Source of the DNA: a virus
Virus record (IMG/VR): IMGVR_UViG_3300025151_000022
Coordinates: 1-64,000 of that record
Direction: 5' to 3' (one strand)
DNA: 64,000 nt
Position numbers and translations under genes: made by a program. Numbering within the stretch: the first letter of the stretch is position 1; each line of letters begins with the position of its first letter. Shown piece by piece: positions 17,027 through 28,561 of the stretch. The notes under the pieces are model-generated. The model saw nothing but the letters and a program-made list of their open reading frames with translations, searched no databases and had not been told where the DNA came from.

Positions 17027-20000
17027 TTACAACGCAGCAGCAAGAGCAATAGCGAGAGGAGTTGAAACTACATCTCCTCCAACAGATCCTGATGGACCCT
17101 GAATACCTTGAACGGATGCTGCATCTCCTTGAGTACCTATTGCACCTTGAGAACCAGCACCAGTCAAACCTTGAGGTCCAACAGATCCTTGTGCAGCAAT
17201 TGCAGATGCATCTTGACCTTGAATTCCCTGCAATCCTGTTCCAGGAAGACCTTGAATACCTTGAATACCAAGATCACCTTGTAATCCGGTTCCATCAGGA
17301 CCTTGAAGACCAGTGCCACCCTGAGGACCATCAGGACCTTGAACACCTTGGAGACCTGGAGCTGGTCCAAGAGTCATTAACCATCCATTGGCAGTTCCTG
17401 CTCCTGGATCACTGCCACCAATAGAACTATTACCATTGACTGCATAATACCAGTTATGCATTCCAGTATTGGAATTTGAAAAACTAAGGCCAGTTACGTT
17501 GATTGTATAGAATGCTGGATTGCCACCAGAAGCATTAGTGGCACCACCACTAGAGTTTGCTCTAAATCTAAAATATTGCCATCCAGTTGAACTCTTGAAT
17601 TGAAGTTCCAATTCAGCAGGGAAATTAGATGATGCCCAAGGAACAAAGTTTCTTCCATCAGCATCAAATACTGAAACGTATATAGCAGTTGTATTTCCAA
17701 GTCTGAAATTATTAAATGCAAACGCACCACTCGCTAAAGATGATGGTGTGGTATAAGCAGTAGTGTTTGAGTGTACTATTACATTATATTTTCCACTCTT
17801 AACTGGGAATCCAACTTCACCTTGGACACCCAAATCTCCCTGAATGCCCTGGAGACCTTGGACACTAGCAGCATCACCTTGTAATCCAGAACCAGTTAAA
17901 CCTTGATTTCCGTCAGAACCTTGAGTACCTGCGCCAGTTCTACCTTGAACGCCAAAAACTCCCTGAAGTCCATTGGTTCCTTGAAGACCCTGTAGACCTT
18001 GTAGACCTTGAACATTAGCAGCATTACCTTGAGGTCCAGCAGCACCTTGTGAACCTGCTCCTATATCTCCTTGAATACCTTGAACAGATGCTGCATCACC
18101 CTGAATACCTTCATCTCCTTGAGTACCTTTAATACCTTGAAGATCTTCAGCATTTAAATTTTTAATAATAATGCTCGCACCCATTCCAGAGTGGTTGGGG
18201 CAATAATAATATAATGTATTTGGTGCATCGAAAGGAACTATGAATTCTCCTTCTCCATTTGAACCTGCTGTTCCAGTATATGTCCATCCAGATGTATATT
18301 GAGATCCGCCACCATGTGTTCCGTTACTTGTTGTAGAAAGTCTTATTGGATGGTTATTATTTGTAGAAGATGATTGATCAAAGATATATCTTTGACCTCT
18401 TATGAGATAAAGAGTATCTCTCGATACACCATTAACCCAATATCCACCACCAGTTCCTCCTGGAACAGAGATTGTATAAGTTTGTGCTGTAAATTGTTGA
18501 CCAGTTGTTCCTTGCGCTGCTTGCATACCTTGCAGACCTTGGACTGATGCTGCATCACCTTGGACACCACCAGTTCCCTGAGATCCTGTTCTACCTTGAG
18601 TACCCGTTAAACCTTGAACAGATGCTGCATCACCTTGAATACCCAAGTTTCCTTGGTTTCCTTTTCTACCTTGAATACCCTGAATACCTTGGACAGATGC
18701 TGCATCACCCTGAAGACCAACACCAGTTGTACCCTGGCTTCCTCCTCCACCTTGAATACCCTGAATACCTTGGACAGATGCTGCATCACCTTGGACACCT
18801 AAGTTTCCTTGGAATCCTCTTCTACCTTGAACACCTGTTAAACCTTGAACAGATGCTGCATCACCTTGGACACCTAAACTTCCTTGGTTTCCTGTTCTAC
18901 CCTGAATACCCTGAAGACCTTGGACACTAGAAGCATCACCCTGAATACCTAATGTTCCCTGGTTTCCTAATCGTCCTTGAATACCCTGAAGACCTTGGAC
19001 AGACGATGCATCACCTTGAATACCTGTTCTACCTTGGTTTCCTGTTCTACCCTGAGTACCTAGATTACCCTGAACACCTATACCTGCATATTGCCCATCA
19101 ACACCCTGAGCACCTTGGGCACCAGTTACATTAAAGTTGAAATGATATTCATCATAATTAGTGAATGAAAAAGATCCTGTTCCAGTTACGTTATGTGATG
19201 ATATATGAGAAACACTAAATCTCCAAACAGAGGCTCCACTACTAGCAGTACCTGAACTTAATGTAATTGCAGTAACTTCATATACCATGTACTGAGACCA
19301 GTCAAACTTATTGACGGTCATGTACATCTTACTGCCACCATTTATTTGTGACCGTAAATCATCTAAGTAATCAACAACAGTAGTAGTACCACCAAAATAC
19401 CACCAAGCATTACCAGAGAAATCATAGTAAGTAGCACCACTCGTTCCATTAGAATTAAATCTTTTCCAACTACTACTGCTGGTAGTAATGTTATTAGCAC
19501 TTTTCTCCCAAATTATATTATTTGTTCCGGAGAATCCAATAACACCTTGACCACCCTGAAGACCTTGGACACTAGAAGCATCACCCTGAATACCTAATGT
19601 TCCCTGGTTTCCTAATCGTCCTTGAACACCTTGAAGACCCTGAACAGAAGCGGCATCACCCTGAACACCTAATGTTCCCTGGTTTCCTGTTCTACCCTGA
19701 ACACCTTGAAGACCCTGAACAGAAGCGGCATCACCCTGAACACCTAATGTTCCCTGGTTTCCTGTTCTACCCTGAACACCTTGAAGACCTTGGACACTAG
19801 AAGCATCACCTTGAACGCCCAGAGTACCCTGATTTCCTAATCGTCCTTGAATACCCTGAAGACCTTGGACACTAGAAGCATCACCCTGAATACCTAATGT
19901 TCCCTGGTTTCCTGTTCTACCCTGAACACCCTGGAGACCTTGGACACTAGAAGCATCACCCTGAATACCTAATGTTCCCTGGTTTCCTGTTCTACCTTGA

Positions 20001-21439
20001 ATACCTTGAAGACCTTGGACAGACGATGCATCACCTTGAATACCCAGAATACCCTGGTTTCCTGTTCTACCTTGAGTACCCTGGAGACCTTGGACAGACG
20101 ATGCATCACCTTGAATACCCAGAGTACCCTGGTTTCCTGTTCTACCTTGAGTACCCTGGAGACCTTGGACACTAGCGGCATCACCTTGAATACCTGTTCT
20201 ACCCTGGAATCCTAATCGTCCTTGAGTACCCTGAAGACCTTGGACAGTAGAAGCATCACCCTGAAGACCAAAAGTACCCTGGTTTCCTTTTATACCTTGG
20301 AGACCTTGGACACTAGCAGCATCACCTTGAAGACCTCTATCACCAGTTCTATAGAATTGTAGGAAACAAGTTTGCCCATTACTAAAAATGTAATTTGTAT
20401 CAACAGCACTAACGGTTATTTCAAAATAACCACTATGTTCTGTTACAGCAGTGACATTCCAAATGTGAAGTTCAGCTTCATCCCAAGTTTGATCATCATC
20501 ACTTCCATAAATTACCAAATGTCCCGTACTATTGGGATTAGTGGAATCATCAAAAGTTCTCAACCAAGGTTGAACATCAGAATTTCCACCTAAACATACA
20601 TCATCAATATAAATTCTAGTTGTTTGCCACTGCTGGAAGGAATTGTTGTATCTAAATTTTCCACTGCCAGGATCACTATTAGTTGTAGTAGTGTCAAATT
20701 CAAATGGAATTCCTGCTTGTTGTCCTTCTGTTCCAGTAATACCTTGAGTGCCCTGAGTGCCCTGAACACCTTGAACACCTTGATCTCCTATAGCATAGAA
20801 TTGTAAAAATATACGATCACCATCACTAAAACCATAGTTTGTTTGTTTAATTGTAATATCTATTACTTTATAACCAAAGTAACTAGTAACATCATTTACT
20901 GTAGCAATAATAAATTCATTCGTATCCCAAGTTTGATCATCATCACTTCCATATATCCATAACGTTCCTAAATCACCAGGATTAGTAGAATCATCAAAAG
21001 TATTAACCCAATTAGAGATTGAATTACCATGGTAATCTTGGTTACTGATGATAATTTGTGTTGCATTATAAAGATTAGAGTTATTGAACCTAATTTGTCC
21101 ATTAACCATACTAGAAGTACTAGTAGAGCTATCATATTCAAGCTCAACTCCAGGATGCTTTCCTTCTGTTCCTAGAATGCCCTGAATACCTTGAGTGCCT
21201 TGAACGCCCTGAATACCTTGAATGCCTTGAGTACCCTGAGTACCCTGAGTGCCTTGAGTTCCTTGAACACCTTGAATACCCTGGAGACCTTGTAGTCCTG
21301 CATCATATGGGTGAATCCAATTCACCTCTCCATTTTGAGTGGCGACTAAAATTGAGGAAGCGGCTCCAACATTACCACTTCGGTCATAAAATTTACTATT
21401 AGCTCGTATTGGTTGCTTTCCGATATGCATATCTGACAT
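17027..21439 (-). CDS. Collagen-like (Gly-X-Gln) tail fibre with interspersed globular and cupredoxin-like domains
   Basis: Long GxQ runs, 25-aa repeats GDASSVQ(GxY)6, duplicated SDDDQTWD domains, [11 protein letters not shown] motif. Confidence 0.9.
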   Translation of the reverse strand: MSDMHIGKQPIRANSKFYDRSGNVGAASSILVATQNGEVNWIHPYDAGLQGLQGIQGVQGTQGTQGTQGTQGIQGIQGVQGTQGIQGILGTEGKHPGVELEYDSSTSTSSMVNGQIRFNNSNLYNATQIIISNQDYHGNSISNWVNTFDDSTNPGDLGTLWIYGSDDDQTWDTNEFIIATVNDVTSYFGYKVIDITIKQTNYGFSDGDRIFLQFYAIGDQGVQGVQGTQGTQGITGTEGQQAGIPFEFDTTTTNSDPGSGKFRYNNSFQQWQTTRIYIDDVCLGGNSDVQPWLRTFDDSTNPNSTGHLVIYGSDDDQTWDEAELHIWNVTAVTEHSGYFEITVSAVDTNYIFSNGQTCFLQFYRTGDRGLQGDAASVQGLQGIKGNQGTFGLQGDASTVQGLQGTQGRLGFQGRTGIQGDAASVQGLQGTQGRTGNQGTLGIQGDASSVQGLQGTQGRTGNQGILGIQGDASSVQGLQGIQGRTGNQGTLGIQGDASSVQGLQGVQGRTGNQGTLGIQGDASSVQGLQGIQGRLGNQGTLGVQGDASSVQGLQGVQGRTGNQGTLGVQGDAASVQGLQGVQGRTGNQGTLGVQGDAASVQGLQGVQGRLGNQGTLGIQGDASSVQGLQGGQGVIGFSGTNNIIWEKSANNITTSSSSWKRFNSNGTSGATYYDFSGNAWWYFGGTTTVVDYLDDLRSQINGGSKMYMTVNKFDWSQYMVYEVTAITLSSGTASSGASVWRFSVSHISSHNVTGTGSFSFTNYDEYHFNFNVTGAQGAQGVDGQYAGIGVQGNLGTQGRTGNQGRTGIQGDASSVQGLQGIQGRLGNQGTLGIQGDASSVQGLQGIQGRTGNQGSLGVQGDAASVQGLTGVQGRRGFQGNLGVQGDAASVQGIQGIQGGGGSQGTTGVGLQGDAASVQGIQGIQGRKGNQGNLGIQGDAASVQGLTGTQGRTGSQGTGGVQGDAASVQGLQGMQAAQGTTGQQFTAQTYTISVPGGTGGGYWVNGVSRDTLYLIRGQRYIFDQSSSTNNNHPIRLSTTSNGTHGGGSQYTSGWTYTGTAGSNGEGEFIVPFDAPNTLYYYCPNHSGMGASIIIKNLNAEDLQGIKGTQGDEGIQGDAASVQGIQGDIGAGSQGAAGPQGNAANVQGLQGLQGLQGTNGLQGVFGVQGRTGAGTQGSDGNQGLTGSGLQGDAASVQGLQGIQGDLGVQGEVGFPVKSGKYNVIVHSNTTAYTTPSSLASGAFAFNNFRLGNTTAIYVSVFDADGRNFVPWASSNFPAELELQFKSSTGWQYFRFRANSSGGATNASGGNPAFYTINVTGLSFSNSNTGMHNWYYAVNGNSSIGGSDPGAGTANGWLMTLGPAPGLQGVQGPDGPQGGTGLQGPDGTGLQGDLGIQGIQGLPGTGLQGIQGQDASAIAAQGSVGPQGLTGAGSQGAIGTQGDAASVQGIQGPSGSVGGDVVSTPLAIALAAAL
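19560..20330 (-). repeat. Coding tandem repeat, 75-bp period, about 10 units
   Basis: GCATCACC recurs at about 19578, 19653, 19728, 19803, 19878, 19953, 20028, 20103, 20178 and 20253; a second array lies at about 18540-19060. Confidence 0.9.
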
Positions 21440-21450
21440 CGATGTCTACC

Positions 21451-21783
21451 TCAAGTTTGTTCGAGAACGCTTACTATGACATCCACGCTAAAATTAGCAC
21501 TTGCCGACATTTTCAATTTATCACCAGTATTTAAGATTATTTTTCCCGTTCCTGCTAAGGTAAAAGAACCACCATCGTACAACTCAACATTTCTAATCAT
21601 ATAAACATCTGATCCAGATGCTTTATCAACAAAAACATCAGCCGTTACAGTACTACCTGTATTAAGTTTATTCGCTAAAGCAATACCAATAACGATCGTT
21701 GTAGTCCCACTTGGAACTGTATAAACCGTACTTGAAGACTGACCAATACTGGCAGTGGTATAACTTTTGAATGTGTTTGCCAT
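21451..21783 (-). CDS. Small beta-sandwich virion/fibre adaptor protein (MANTFKS... type)
   Basis: TVYTVPSGTTTIVIGIALAN...KIILNTGDKL...VSVLEQT; directly follows the fibre that ends ALAIALG. Confidence 0.75.
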   Translation of the reverse strand: MANTFKSYTTASIGQSSSTVYTVPSGTTTIVIGIALANKLNTGSTVTADVFVDKASGSDVYMIRNVELYDGGSFTLAGTGKIILNTGDKLKMSASANFSVDVIVSVLEQT

Positions 21784-21786
21784 TTC

Positions 21787-24700
21787 TTACCCTAGAGCGA
21801 TTGCCAATGCTGTTGCATCACCAGAAGCTGTGTCAAGAACACTGACACCATTTACTTGGATTGCCGTACTGCTATTTATAGCACCTGTAACTGTGAGATC
21901 TGTTAGGGTTCCAACTGACGTTAATGAAGAATTAACAACACTCGATCCCAATGTTGTTGCTGACAAAACATCAACTCCATTAATCATATAAGTTTTTGTC
22001 GAGGCAATATTTACATTTTCAGAAAATGTCCAAGCATCGTTAGAATTAACCCAATTAATTGTTTTATTTCCTTGACCAGATTCAAGTGTAATTCCACCAC
22101 CATCTGCTGCTGCATCATTAGATGCACCAGATGCTAAAACAATATTTTTATCATCTACAGTTAAAGTAGTAGAATTAATTTCTGTAGTTGTTCCATCAAC
22201 TTGAAGATCGCCGGCAATAACAACTGTACCAGTATTATCACCAACACCAGCAGGATCAATTGTTAATGTCGCTGGACCAGATATGGTATTTGAGGAAATT
22301 CTAATCGCAGATCCTAAAGTACCTGTATTGAAATTCGGAGCAGTAACAGCAGCAAATGTTGGACTATCCGTAGTAGCAACACCTTGATCTGCATCCGAAA
22401 GATCGGTAATTGATGCTGCAGAAATTCTACCATCAACTCTTGTATTGGTATAATATAAATTTGTACTGCCTTCAGATAATGCATCAGTAGTATGATTTGA
22501 AATATCAGAAACAGTTCCCGTTACATTACCAGTGACATTACCCGTCAAAGGACCACTGAATGTTGTTGCAGTTATTGCACTAGAAACATTGACATTATCA
22601 AGTTCTGTGAGTCCACTAACATCCAGAGTTCCATTAAAATCGACTGCTCCAGCAACTGTTAATGCTGATCCAACATTGACATCATCAAATTCTGAAAGTC
22701 CATCAACATCTAAATCTCCAGAAACATCAACTGAAGAAACGTTTAATTTTCCAGTTATATTAGTTTCACTTGATCCTGCAGGATCAATTGTAATATCACC
22801 ACTCGTCGATGAGAAAGTATTTGCTGCTAATTGTAAATTACCAATTGTTGCACTGGTTGGCGTAATAACAGATTGATTAGATCCACCATCAGTAACCGTT
22901 AATTCTCCTGTGGTTTCAAGATTGTAAGTTGTAGCAGCAAAAGAAACATTACCAGTTTCTTGTTGAACAACAAATGCATCACCAACTCTAAAGTCTCCAG
23001 ATTGGTCAATACTTACATAAGAAACTTGACCATTGTTTGTTTCAATAACTTCATTTGCTTGAATTGTCAAAGTTGAATCATTACTGAAATCTTTTCCAGA
23101 TCCAACATGATTGAAGTTGGTGGCAAAGAGTCTTAACTTAACTCCAACACCATCAGCAACAACACCTTGAGAACCATATTCAACAGCACAACCAACTGAA
23201 CGCATTTCTGCGCCGAACATAGTATAATCCGCAAGACTAATTGCACTTGCAATACCAGTTTGAGTTGTACCATCAGACTGATAGAATTTGATATCTTGAG
23301 TTGATCCAGCACCTACAGTAAATGTTCCGTGACCTTTACCATCAATCTCTGCATATGGGCTGTTGTATGATGTAATTGTACCAACAGCAACAACAGTTCC
23401 TCCACCATCGCGCAACTTAACAACATGATTGACTGATGGTGTTACGCTTGGATTATCAAACTTCAGTCGTACATTTGCAGTCCCAGCAATACCAACGGTT
23501 CCAGAAGTACCAACAATTGCTTGTGATGCAAAATAATGGAAACAGTTAAGATATTCTGCTCTCGCACCATTTGTAAGAGTTACACCAGTATTATTTGGAG
23601 TGAAGAATGTTACTTCATTGAAAAGCATTCCTGCTTCTAATGAATTTGAAGTAACCTTTGATCCATCAACTAATGCACCTCTACCAGCAATGAATGATGT
23701 TGGGTTTGAATCCGGAGTATCATATCCATATGGATCACTCGCCGTAACTTGTGAACCAGTGTTTAAAACTGTTATTCTTTGAATATATGGCGATCTAGTT
23801 GTGATTGCAATACCAGTTGCATATGAAAATGCATATCCTGTATCTGTAGTTGAATTATAATAAGATCCTTTAATTGTAAAATCTTCAACCGTTGATGCAT
23901 CATTTAATAAGAAAACATTTTCCTGCCTTGTAGCAGTTGTTGGTCTGATTGTTGTTGCTCTCAGTCCAGCACCCTTAACTGTTACACCTGCTGGTACGGT
24001 TAAAGGACAAGTTTCTTCAAATACTCCAGCACTAACACTAATAATATCTCCGTTAGTTGCAACACTTAATGCTTGTGCAATCGTGAGGAATGGTTTATTA
24101 ATATTATCACCATCATTTGAATTACTACCAGTCTCAGCAACGTAGAAAGTATTTCCAAGTACATTTAAATCAATGTCAACAGATCCACTAATATCCAGAG
24201 TTGATGCAGTGATGACACCAGAAATATTTACATTTCCAACTATTACATCGCCTGTTACATTTAAATCACCACCTACGGTGCCGACCCCAGAAATGTTTAA
24301 ATTGTCGGCATTTATGCCAGAGTCATGTAAAGAAGTTGTTCCAATATCAAATCCATTATTATGAATAGAACTATTACCAACTTCAATTCCTGTAGAATGA
24401 ACTGTGGTTATTCCAACTTCAAGACCAGAGGTGTTTACTGTTGTAGCTCCACCAACAGAGATGCTATTATTTGGTCCATCAAATATAATAGAACTAGTTC
24501 CAACTGTTAGAATACCAGTAACTCTTGCATCACCCTGAACAACTAAGTCTTCTGTAAATGTTGTTGCTGCACCAATTTTTGCTGTAGTTGATGATGTAAC
24601 ACCAATGATTCGAACACCATCAGCAGTAGTTTCAATTTTTTTAGAATTGTCGTAATATAATTCAGATGCACCATCAATATTAAATCGCGCATAAGTTTCA

Positions 24701-25752
24701 TTACCATTATCATTTTCAAGTTCAATGCTAGATGTTCCTCTAATGAACATGCTTCCAACACCTACATCGACGATGTAAGCATTTAAACCATCATGAAATA
24801 TTTCTAAATCATTTCCTCCACCAAATAATAATGATTGATTATTAGCAAACCGGGCAAATGTGTCAAACTTAACCCCACCAGTAGTAAATGTAGCACCACC
24901 AGAAACTATATTAGTTGCTTCTACTCTAGATATAGTGCTAAGTCCAGTAGCACTTAGATTTGCAATATTAGTAGTACCTGTAAAAGTAGATACTCCAGAT
25001 ACATTTAAATTATCAAGTTCAGTATCTCCATCAACATTAATTGCTTGAGTGAAATTAACATCATCAGTAAATGTAGAAAAACCAGATACATTTAAGGCCG
25101 ATGCGAAGGTAGATACACCAGATACATTTAATTGATTAGTATCTAATGTTTCTTTTACATAAGAATATCTCCACCTCTTGGAGTCTGAACCTAGACTATA
25201 TTGTCCATCATTCGTTGGAGTTAAACTGGATGCAAATTCTCCGCCAATTACAACATCATCACTATCAGAATCTCCAAGATTAATTGTTCCTCCTCTAAAA
25301 GTTACAACTCCAACAAACTCTGAAGTTCCTGTAACCTTTAAATCACCGCCAACATTTAAATTATTTTGGAATGTTGATACTCCAGCAACATTTACAGCAG
25401 GTAAAACACTCTCAAAAGTTAAATTTCCTGCACCATCAGTAATTAATATTCCACCATACGAACCATCAACGCCTGGAAGCGTAAATGTTGTGATTCCTGA
25501 TAATGAACCTGGTGCTTGTAGAGTTAAAAATGCAGACCCATTATCCGAACCTTCAACCAAGTTAATTCCACTACCCGTGGTTGTGGTTTCTCTTGTCCAA
25601 TATCGGTGAGAACCAAAAAATTTATTGCCGTCTGTCGTAGAGTTTAGACCGACATAAAGTTCATTAGTATCAAGGGTAAATGCTGGCTCCCCAGGTTGAA
25701 GCGCAGGTAAATTCGCATAATTACCCCTTTTAAACCGAATAGGAACTGCCAT
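21787..25752 (-). CDS. Tail fibre / tailspike protein (1321 aa)
   Basis: N-terminal IRFKRG...LQPGEP...LYVG anchor, LNVSGVSTF repeats, central pectin-lyase-like beta-helix start (FYVAETGSNSNDG..KPFLTIAQAL), GDLQVDGTTTEINST motif. Confidence 0.85.
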   Translation of the reverse strand: MAVPIRFKRGNYANLPALQPGEPAFTLDTNELYVGLNSTTDGNKFFGSHRYWTRETTTTGSGINLVEGSDNGSAFLTLQAPGSLSGITTFTLPGVDGSYGGILITDGAGNLTFESVLPAVNVAGVSTFQNNLNVGGDLKVTGTSEFVGVVTFRGGTINLGDSDSDDVVIGGEFASSLTPTNDGQYSLGSDSKRWRYSYVKETLDTNQLNVSGVSTFASALNVSGFSTFTDDVNFTQAINVDGDTELDNLNVSGVSTFTGTTNIANLSATGLSTISRVEATNIVSGGATFTTGGVKFDTFARFANNQSLLFGGGNDLEIFHDGLNAYIVDVGVGSMFIRGTSSIELENDNGNETYARFNIDGASELYYDNSKKIETTADGVRIIGVTSSTTAKIGAATTFTEDLVVQGDARVTGILTVGTSSIIFDGPNNSISVGGATTVNTSGLEVGITTVHSTGIEVGNSSIHNNGFDIGTTSLHDSGINADNLNISGVGTVGGDLNVTGDVIVGNVNISGVITASTLDISGSVDIDLNVLGNTFYVAETGSNSNDGDNINKPFLTIAQALSVATNGDIISVSAGVFEETCPLTVPAGVTVKGAGLRATTIRPTTATRQENVFLLNDASTVEDFTIKGSYYNSTTDTGYAFSYATGIAITTRSPYIQRITVLNTGSQVTASDPYGYDTPDSNPTSFIAGRGALVDGSKVTSNSLEAGMLFNEVTFFTPNNTGVTLTNGARAEYLNCFHYFASQAIVGTSGTVGIAGTANVRLKFDNPSVTPSVNHVVKLRDGGGTVVAVGTITSYNSPYAEIDGKGHGTFTVGAGSTQDIKFYQSDGTTQTGIASAISLADYTMFGAEMRSVGCAVEYGSQGVVADGVGVKLRLFATNFNHVGSGKDFSNDSTLTIQANEVIETNNGQVSYVSIDQSGDFRVGDAFVVQQETGNVSFAATTYNLETTGELTVTDGGSNQSVITPTSATIGNLQLAANTFSSTSGDITIDPAGSSETNITGKLNVSSVDVSGDLDVDGLSEFDDVNVGSALTVAGAVDFNGTLDVSGLTELDNVNVSSAITATTFSGPLTGNVTGNVTGTVSDISNHTTDALSEGSTNLYYTNTRVDGRISAASITDLSDADQGVATTDSPTFAAVTAPNFNTGTLGSAIRISSNTISGPATLTIDPAGVGDNTGTVVIAGDLQVDGTTTEINSTTLTVDDKNIVLASGASNDAAADGGGITLESGQGNKTINWVNSNDAWTFSENVNIASTKTYMINGVDVLSATTLGSSVVNSSLTSVGTLTDLTVTGAINSSTAIQVNGVSVLDTASGDATALAIALG

Positions 25753-25785
25753 CTCTTACGCTGTAGAAAACTTTACCTCAAAGTG

Positions 25786-26004
25786 CTAAAAAGTGCCACC
25801 ATCAATAGTTTTATTGGTGAAATTATTTAGGTCTACATTATTAATCACAAATTCAGCAAATGTATTAGATATTGGAACAAATGCTAAAAATTCGTCTGGA
25901 TCCTTGATGTCAAATTTATCATCAGTTGAATTATATTGTAATGTTGATCTGTTTTCAGTTGGAGTGAATTTTGTATCATTAAAGTCTTGAATACGTAATG
26001 CCAT
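25786..26004 (-). CDS. Small virion protein ending IDGGTF
   Basis: ORF track; paralogue of the adjacent gene. Confidence 0.7.
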   Translation of the reverse strand: MALRIQDFNDTKFTPTENRSTLQYNSTDDKFDIKDPDEFLAFVPISNTFAEFVINNVDLNNFTNKTIDGGTF

Positions 26005-26297
26005 CAGAAAGTTCCTCCATCAATATCTGGAATAATGCCGTCAAATGTGATTTGATTTTCCAAATTAGTTATAAATCCCGAAGGAAGACTACCATCCTCA
26101 ATTGCTTTAGCAAAAAGATCATCAGCAGTATTTAAATTAAATTTTCCTGTTGTTGAATTAAACGCAATAAATCTTCCATCTTGAACAGAATCCAAAGTTC
26201 CAAAATCAGCATCCAATGCATCACGCATTCTTGTGACTGGAACTGGACTACTAATCTTTTTTGTTGTAGTAGATTGTTTTCTGACTACGAATGCCAT
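26004..26297 (-). CDS. Small virion protein ending IDGGTF
   Basis: ORF track; shares NSTxxKF and IDGGTF with its neighbour. Confidence 0.7.
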   Translation of the reverse strand: MAFVVRKQSTTTKKISSPVPVTRMRDALDADFGTLDSVQDGRFIAFNSTTGKFNLNTADDLFAKAIEDGSLPSGFITNLENQITFDGIIPDIDGGTF

Positions 26298-26301
26298 TTA
26301 A

Positions 26302-26643
26302 TTACCCCGCAGTAGTGATTCCAGGACTTACGAATGCCATACCTTCAACAAGACGAGAAATATCTCCACTACCAGAAACTAACTTCACATCATATACATA
26401 TCTTCCTGGTTCAATATTAGAAGTTTGTGAACCAGTCATTGTGATTTCAACTTCTCCAGTAGCACTAGTGATTCCTACAGTAAAAGCATGAGATGATGTT
26501 GCGCCCCCATGTTTTTTTAACTGAGAATAACCACTATAACCAGTCAAGTCTGTCGCAGAATTATCAGTTTCTTTTGATAAAAAAGATTCTGTAAAATCTG
26601 CTCCTTGCAAAATATTGATATTAATTGAAGGACTGACCGCCAT
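26302..26643 (-). CDS. Ig-like baseplate/fibre adaptor (BppU-like) protein
   Basis: IxQGADF...DLTGY...GRYVYDV...RLVEG...VSPGIT pattern. Confidence 0.75.
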   Translation of the reverse strand: MAVSPSININILQGADFTESFLSKETDNSATDLTGYSGYSQLKKHGGATSSHAFTVGITSATGEVEITMTGSQTSNIEPGRYVYDVKLVSGSGDISRLVEGMAFVSPGITTAG

Positions 26644-26668
26644 TGTATTACTTTTTTAGTTATTTATC

Positions 26669-28531
26669 TTATACTATTGGAGTAACTTCCATTAAAACCT
26701 TTCTAGCGTTGCTGCTCAGCTGATAAGATTTGTATATATTGTTCAAAATCACAATTCCTTTATATGTTCCGTCAACATTTAGATTATCACCTCCAAAAAG
26801 TTCTTCTGTTGCATAATTAGAACCAGCACCCCAACCATTAGGTTGTGATGCCGAAAAAGGAGCTCCTCCTGCGCCAGCAGCACCTTGTGTTTCAGAATTA
26901 GTGCCAATAAAAGTAAAATCATTATTAATCGCGCATTTTTGACCAGTAAAACTATTTGTACCATCATAAACTGGTATTTGAACATTATTATGAATCGTGG
27001 CACGGTTCGCGGCGATGGCAGCCGAATCTACCCAACTGACACCAGTGAGAATGACTGTAAATCTTCGAGGAATTGTTAATATATCGCTATCAGCAGCATT
27101 CGAATAGTAATTACTAAACGTAGAAGTGTTTTGATATGTAACACCATTGTATGTAAAGTCGGAATAACTACCCGATATAATACTACGCGATTCCGCGTAT
27201 CCATAACTACTATGATTATATATTCCCTCTGATTTATTATTCCATGCCATCTGAGTACCCAGTCTCACATTATCATAAGATGAATACCACGAAACACCAT
27301 AATCGTCCGCTATATCACTGCTATAAACCGGACTACCATTACTTTCTTCTCTTATCACTGGAGGAAAAGAACCAGTATTTGCATCAATTTTAAAGCGATA
27401 TATCCTGCCGTCACCAGGGGAAGCATATGGAGATGCAACAAATAAATTGAAAGATGCATTCGTATCTGTCAGAGCATCATCACCTGCAGATATGCTCATG
27501 CCAAAGTGTTCCTGATCGTCTTCATCACTTTCCCTATTAGATGATGGAAAGTGGTCATAATGAAATGATACAAACCGATTTTTAAATGTTCCACTTACAT
27601 CAAATTGATAGACTCTTCCTTGTCTATACCAAGTATTATTACCATCATCACGAGCACTCGGAGCACCAGCAAAAATTTGACCACGATGTATGCATACTGA
27701 ATATCCAAAATGTGCGTTCTGTCTTTTAATATCATAAGTGCCACCATCGAACTCTGAAGATGGGATGCTTAATCTATTTTCTCCTGTCCCATCTAAATTA
27801 AAAATAAAAACTGCTCCTTCGCGTGATCCAGTAGATGCACTTGAATCCGAAGTGCTTTGAAATGCTGGAGCACCTACAACAATTTTACCACTTCCTATAC
27901 CAACAGAATGACCAAATTGTCCTCCAATTTCATTACTTGATGGAGTAATTATAGTTTGATTACTGCCATCTAAATCCCAAACATACACTCTACCTGCAGT
28001 GTCAGTTGGCCACGAAGCTGGATCAGTCCCACTTGAATTTTCAACTCGTTTAGTTCCTCTATCTCCAACAGCGATCTTTCCTTCTCCTACTGCAACAGAA
28101 AATCCCCAACTTGTAGATGCTACTCCAACTGGTCTAGGAATAAAAGTATATCCAGTGGAACCAAAACCAATATTGCCGTGGTCTCCAAAACCACCATGTT
28201 CTTGATAGATATCAAGATCTCCATTGTAAACACGAACTCCTTCTGGGGAAGTAATTGCAAGTACAGTGCTACTTGGATCTGGATCTGCGACAATTGCTCT
28301 ACCAAGTCCTTCAGATTCTGATACGCAAAGTGCCTTCATAACATAATCAAAGTCTTTAGTTTTTGGTAAAGGAGTTGCTGGAGGAGCAGGAGTTACTGTA
28401 CCATCAGCAAATTTAAATTCAGGTCCACCACCATCAGGAAAAATCCAAACGTTGTCTGTGGATTCCCATTCAGATTCTTTTTGAAGTGAAAAAACTTCGT
28501 TTAAAGATAATACTCCTCTAAGATCTGACAT
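26669..28531 (-). CDS. FG-GAP (integrin-alpha-like) beta-propeller virion protein
   Basis: FGHSV...IVVGAP, FGYSV...AGAP and GAVFIF repeats. Confidence 0.8.
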   Translation of the reverse strand: MSDLRGVLSLNEVFSLQKESEWESTDNVWIFPDGGGPEFKFADGTVTPAPPATPLPKTKDFDYVMKALCVSESEGLGRAIVADPDPSSTVLAITSPEGVRVYNGDLDIYQEHGGFGDHGNIGFGSTGYTFIPRPVGVASTSWGFSVAVGEGKIAVGDRGTKRVENSSGTDPASWPTDTAGRVYVWDLDGSNQTIITPSSNEIGGQFGHSVGIGSGKIVVGAPAFQSTSDSSASTGSREGAVFIFNLDGTGENRLSIPSSEFDGGTYDIKRQNAHFGYSVCIHRGQIFAGAPSARDDGNNTWYRQGRVYQFDVSGTFKNRFVSFHYDHFPSSNRESDEDDQEHFGMSISAGDDALTDTNASFNLFVASPYASPGDGRIYRFKIDANTGSFPPVIREESNGSPVYSSDIADDYGVSWYSSYDNVRLGTQMAWNNKSEGIYNHSSYGYAESRSIISGSYSDFTYNGVTYQNTSTFSNYYSNAADSDILTIPRRFTVILTGVSWVDSAAIAANRATIHNNVQIPVYDGTNSFTGQKCAINNDFTFIGTNSETQGAAGAGGAPFSASQPNGWGAGSNYATEELFGGDNLNVDGTYKGIVILNNIYKSYQLSSNARKVLMEVTPIV

Positions 28532-28561
28532 TTATACTGCAATAGAATAATCTTTATATAT

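Noticed and set aside
18500-20330. 75-bp tandem array as a non-coding repeat or CRISPR, and its alternative-frame ORFs
   Set aside because: Fully in frame within the collagen gene, with variation mostly at third positions; the overlapping ORFs are shadows of the repeat
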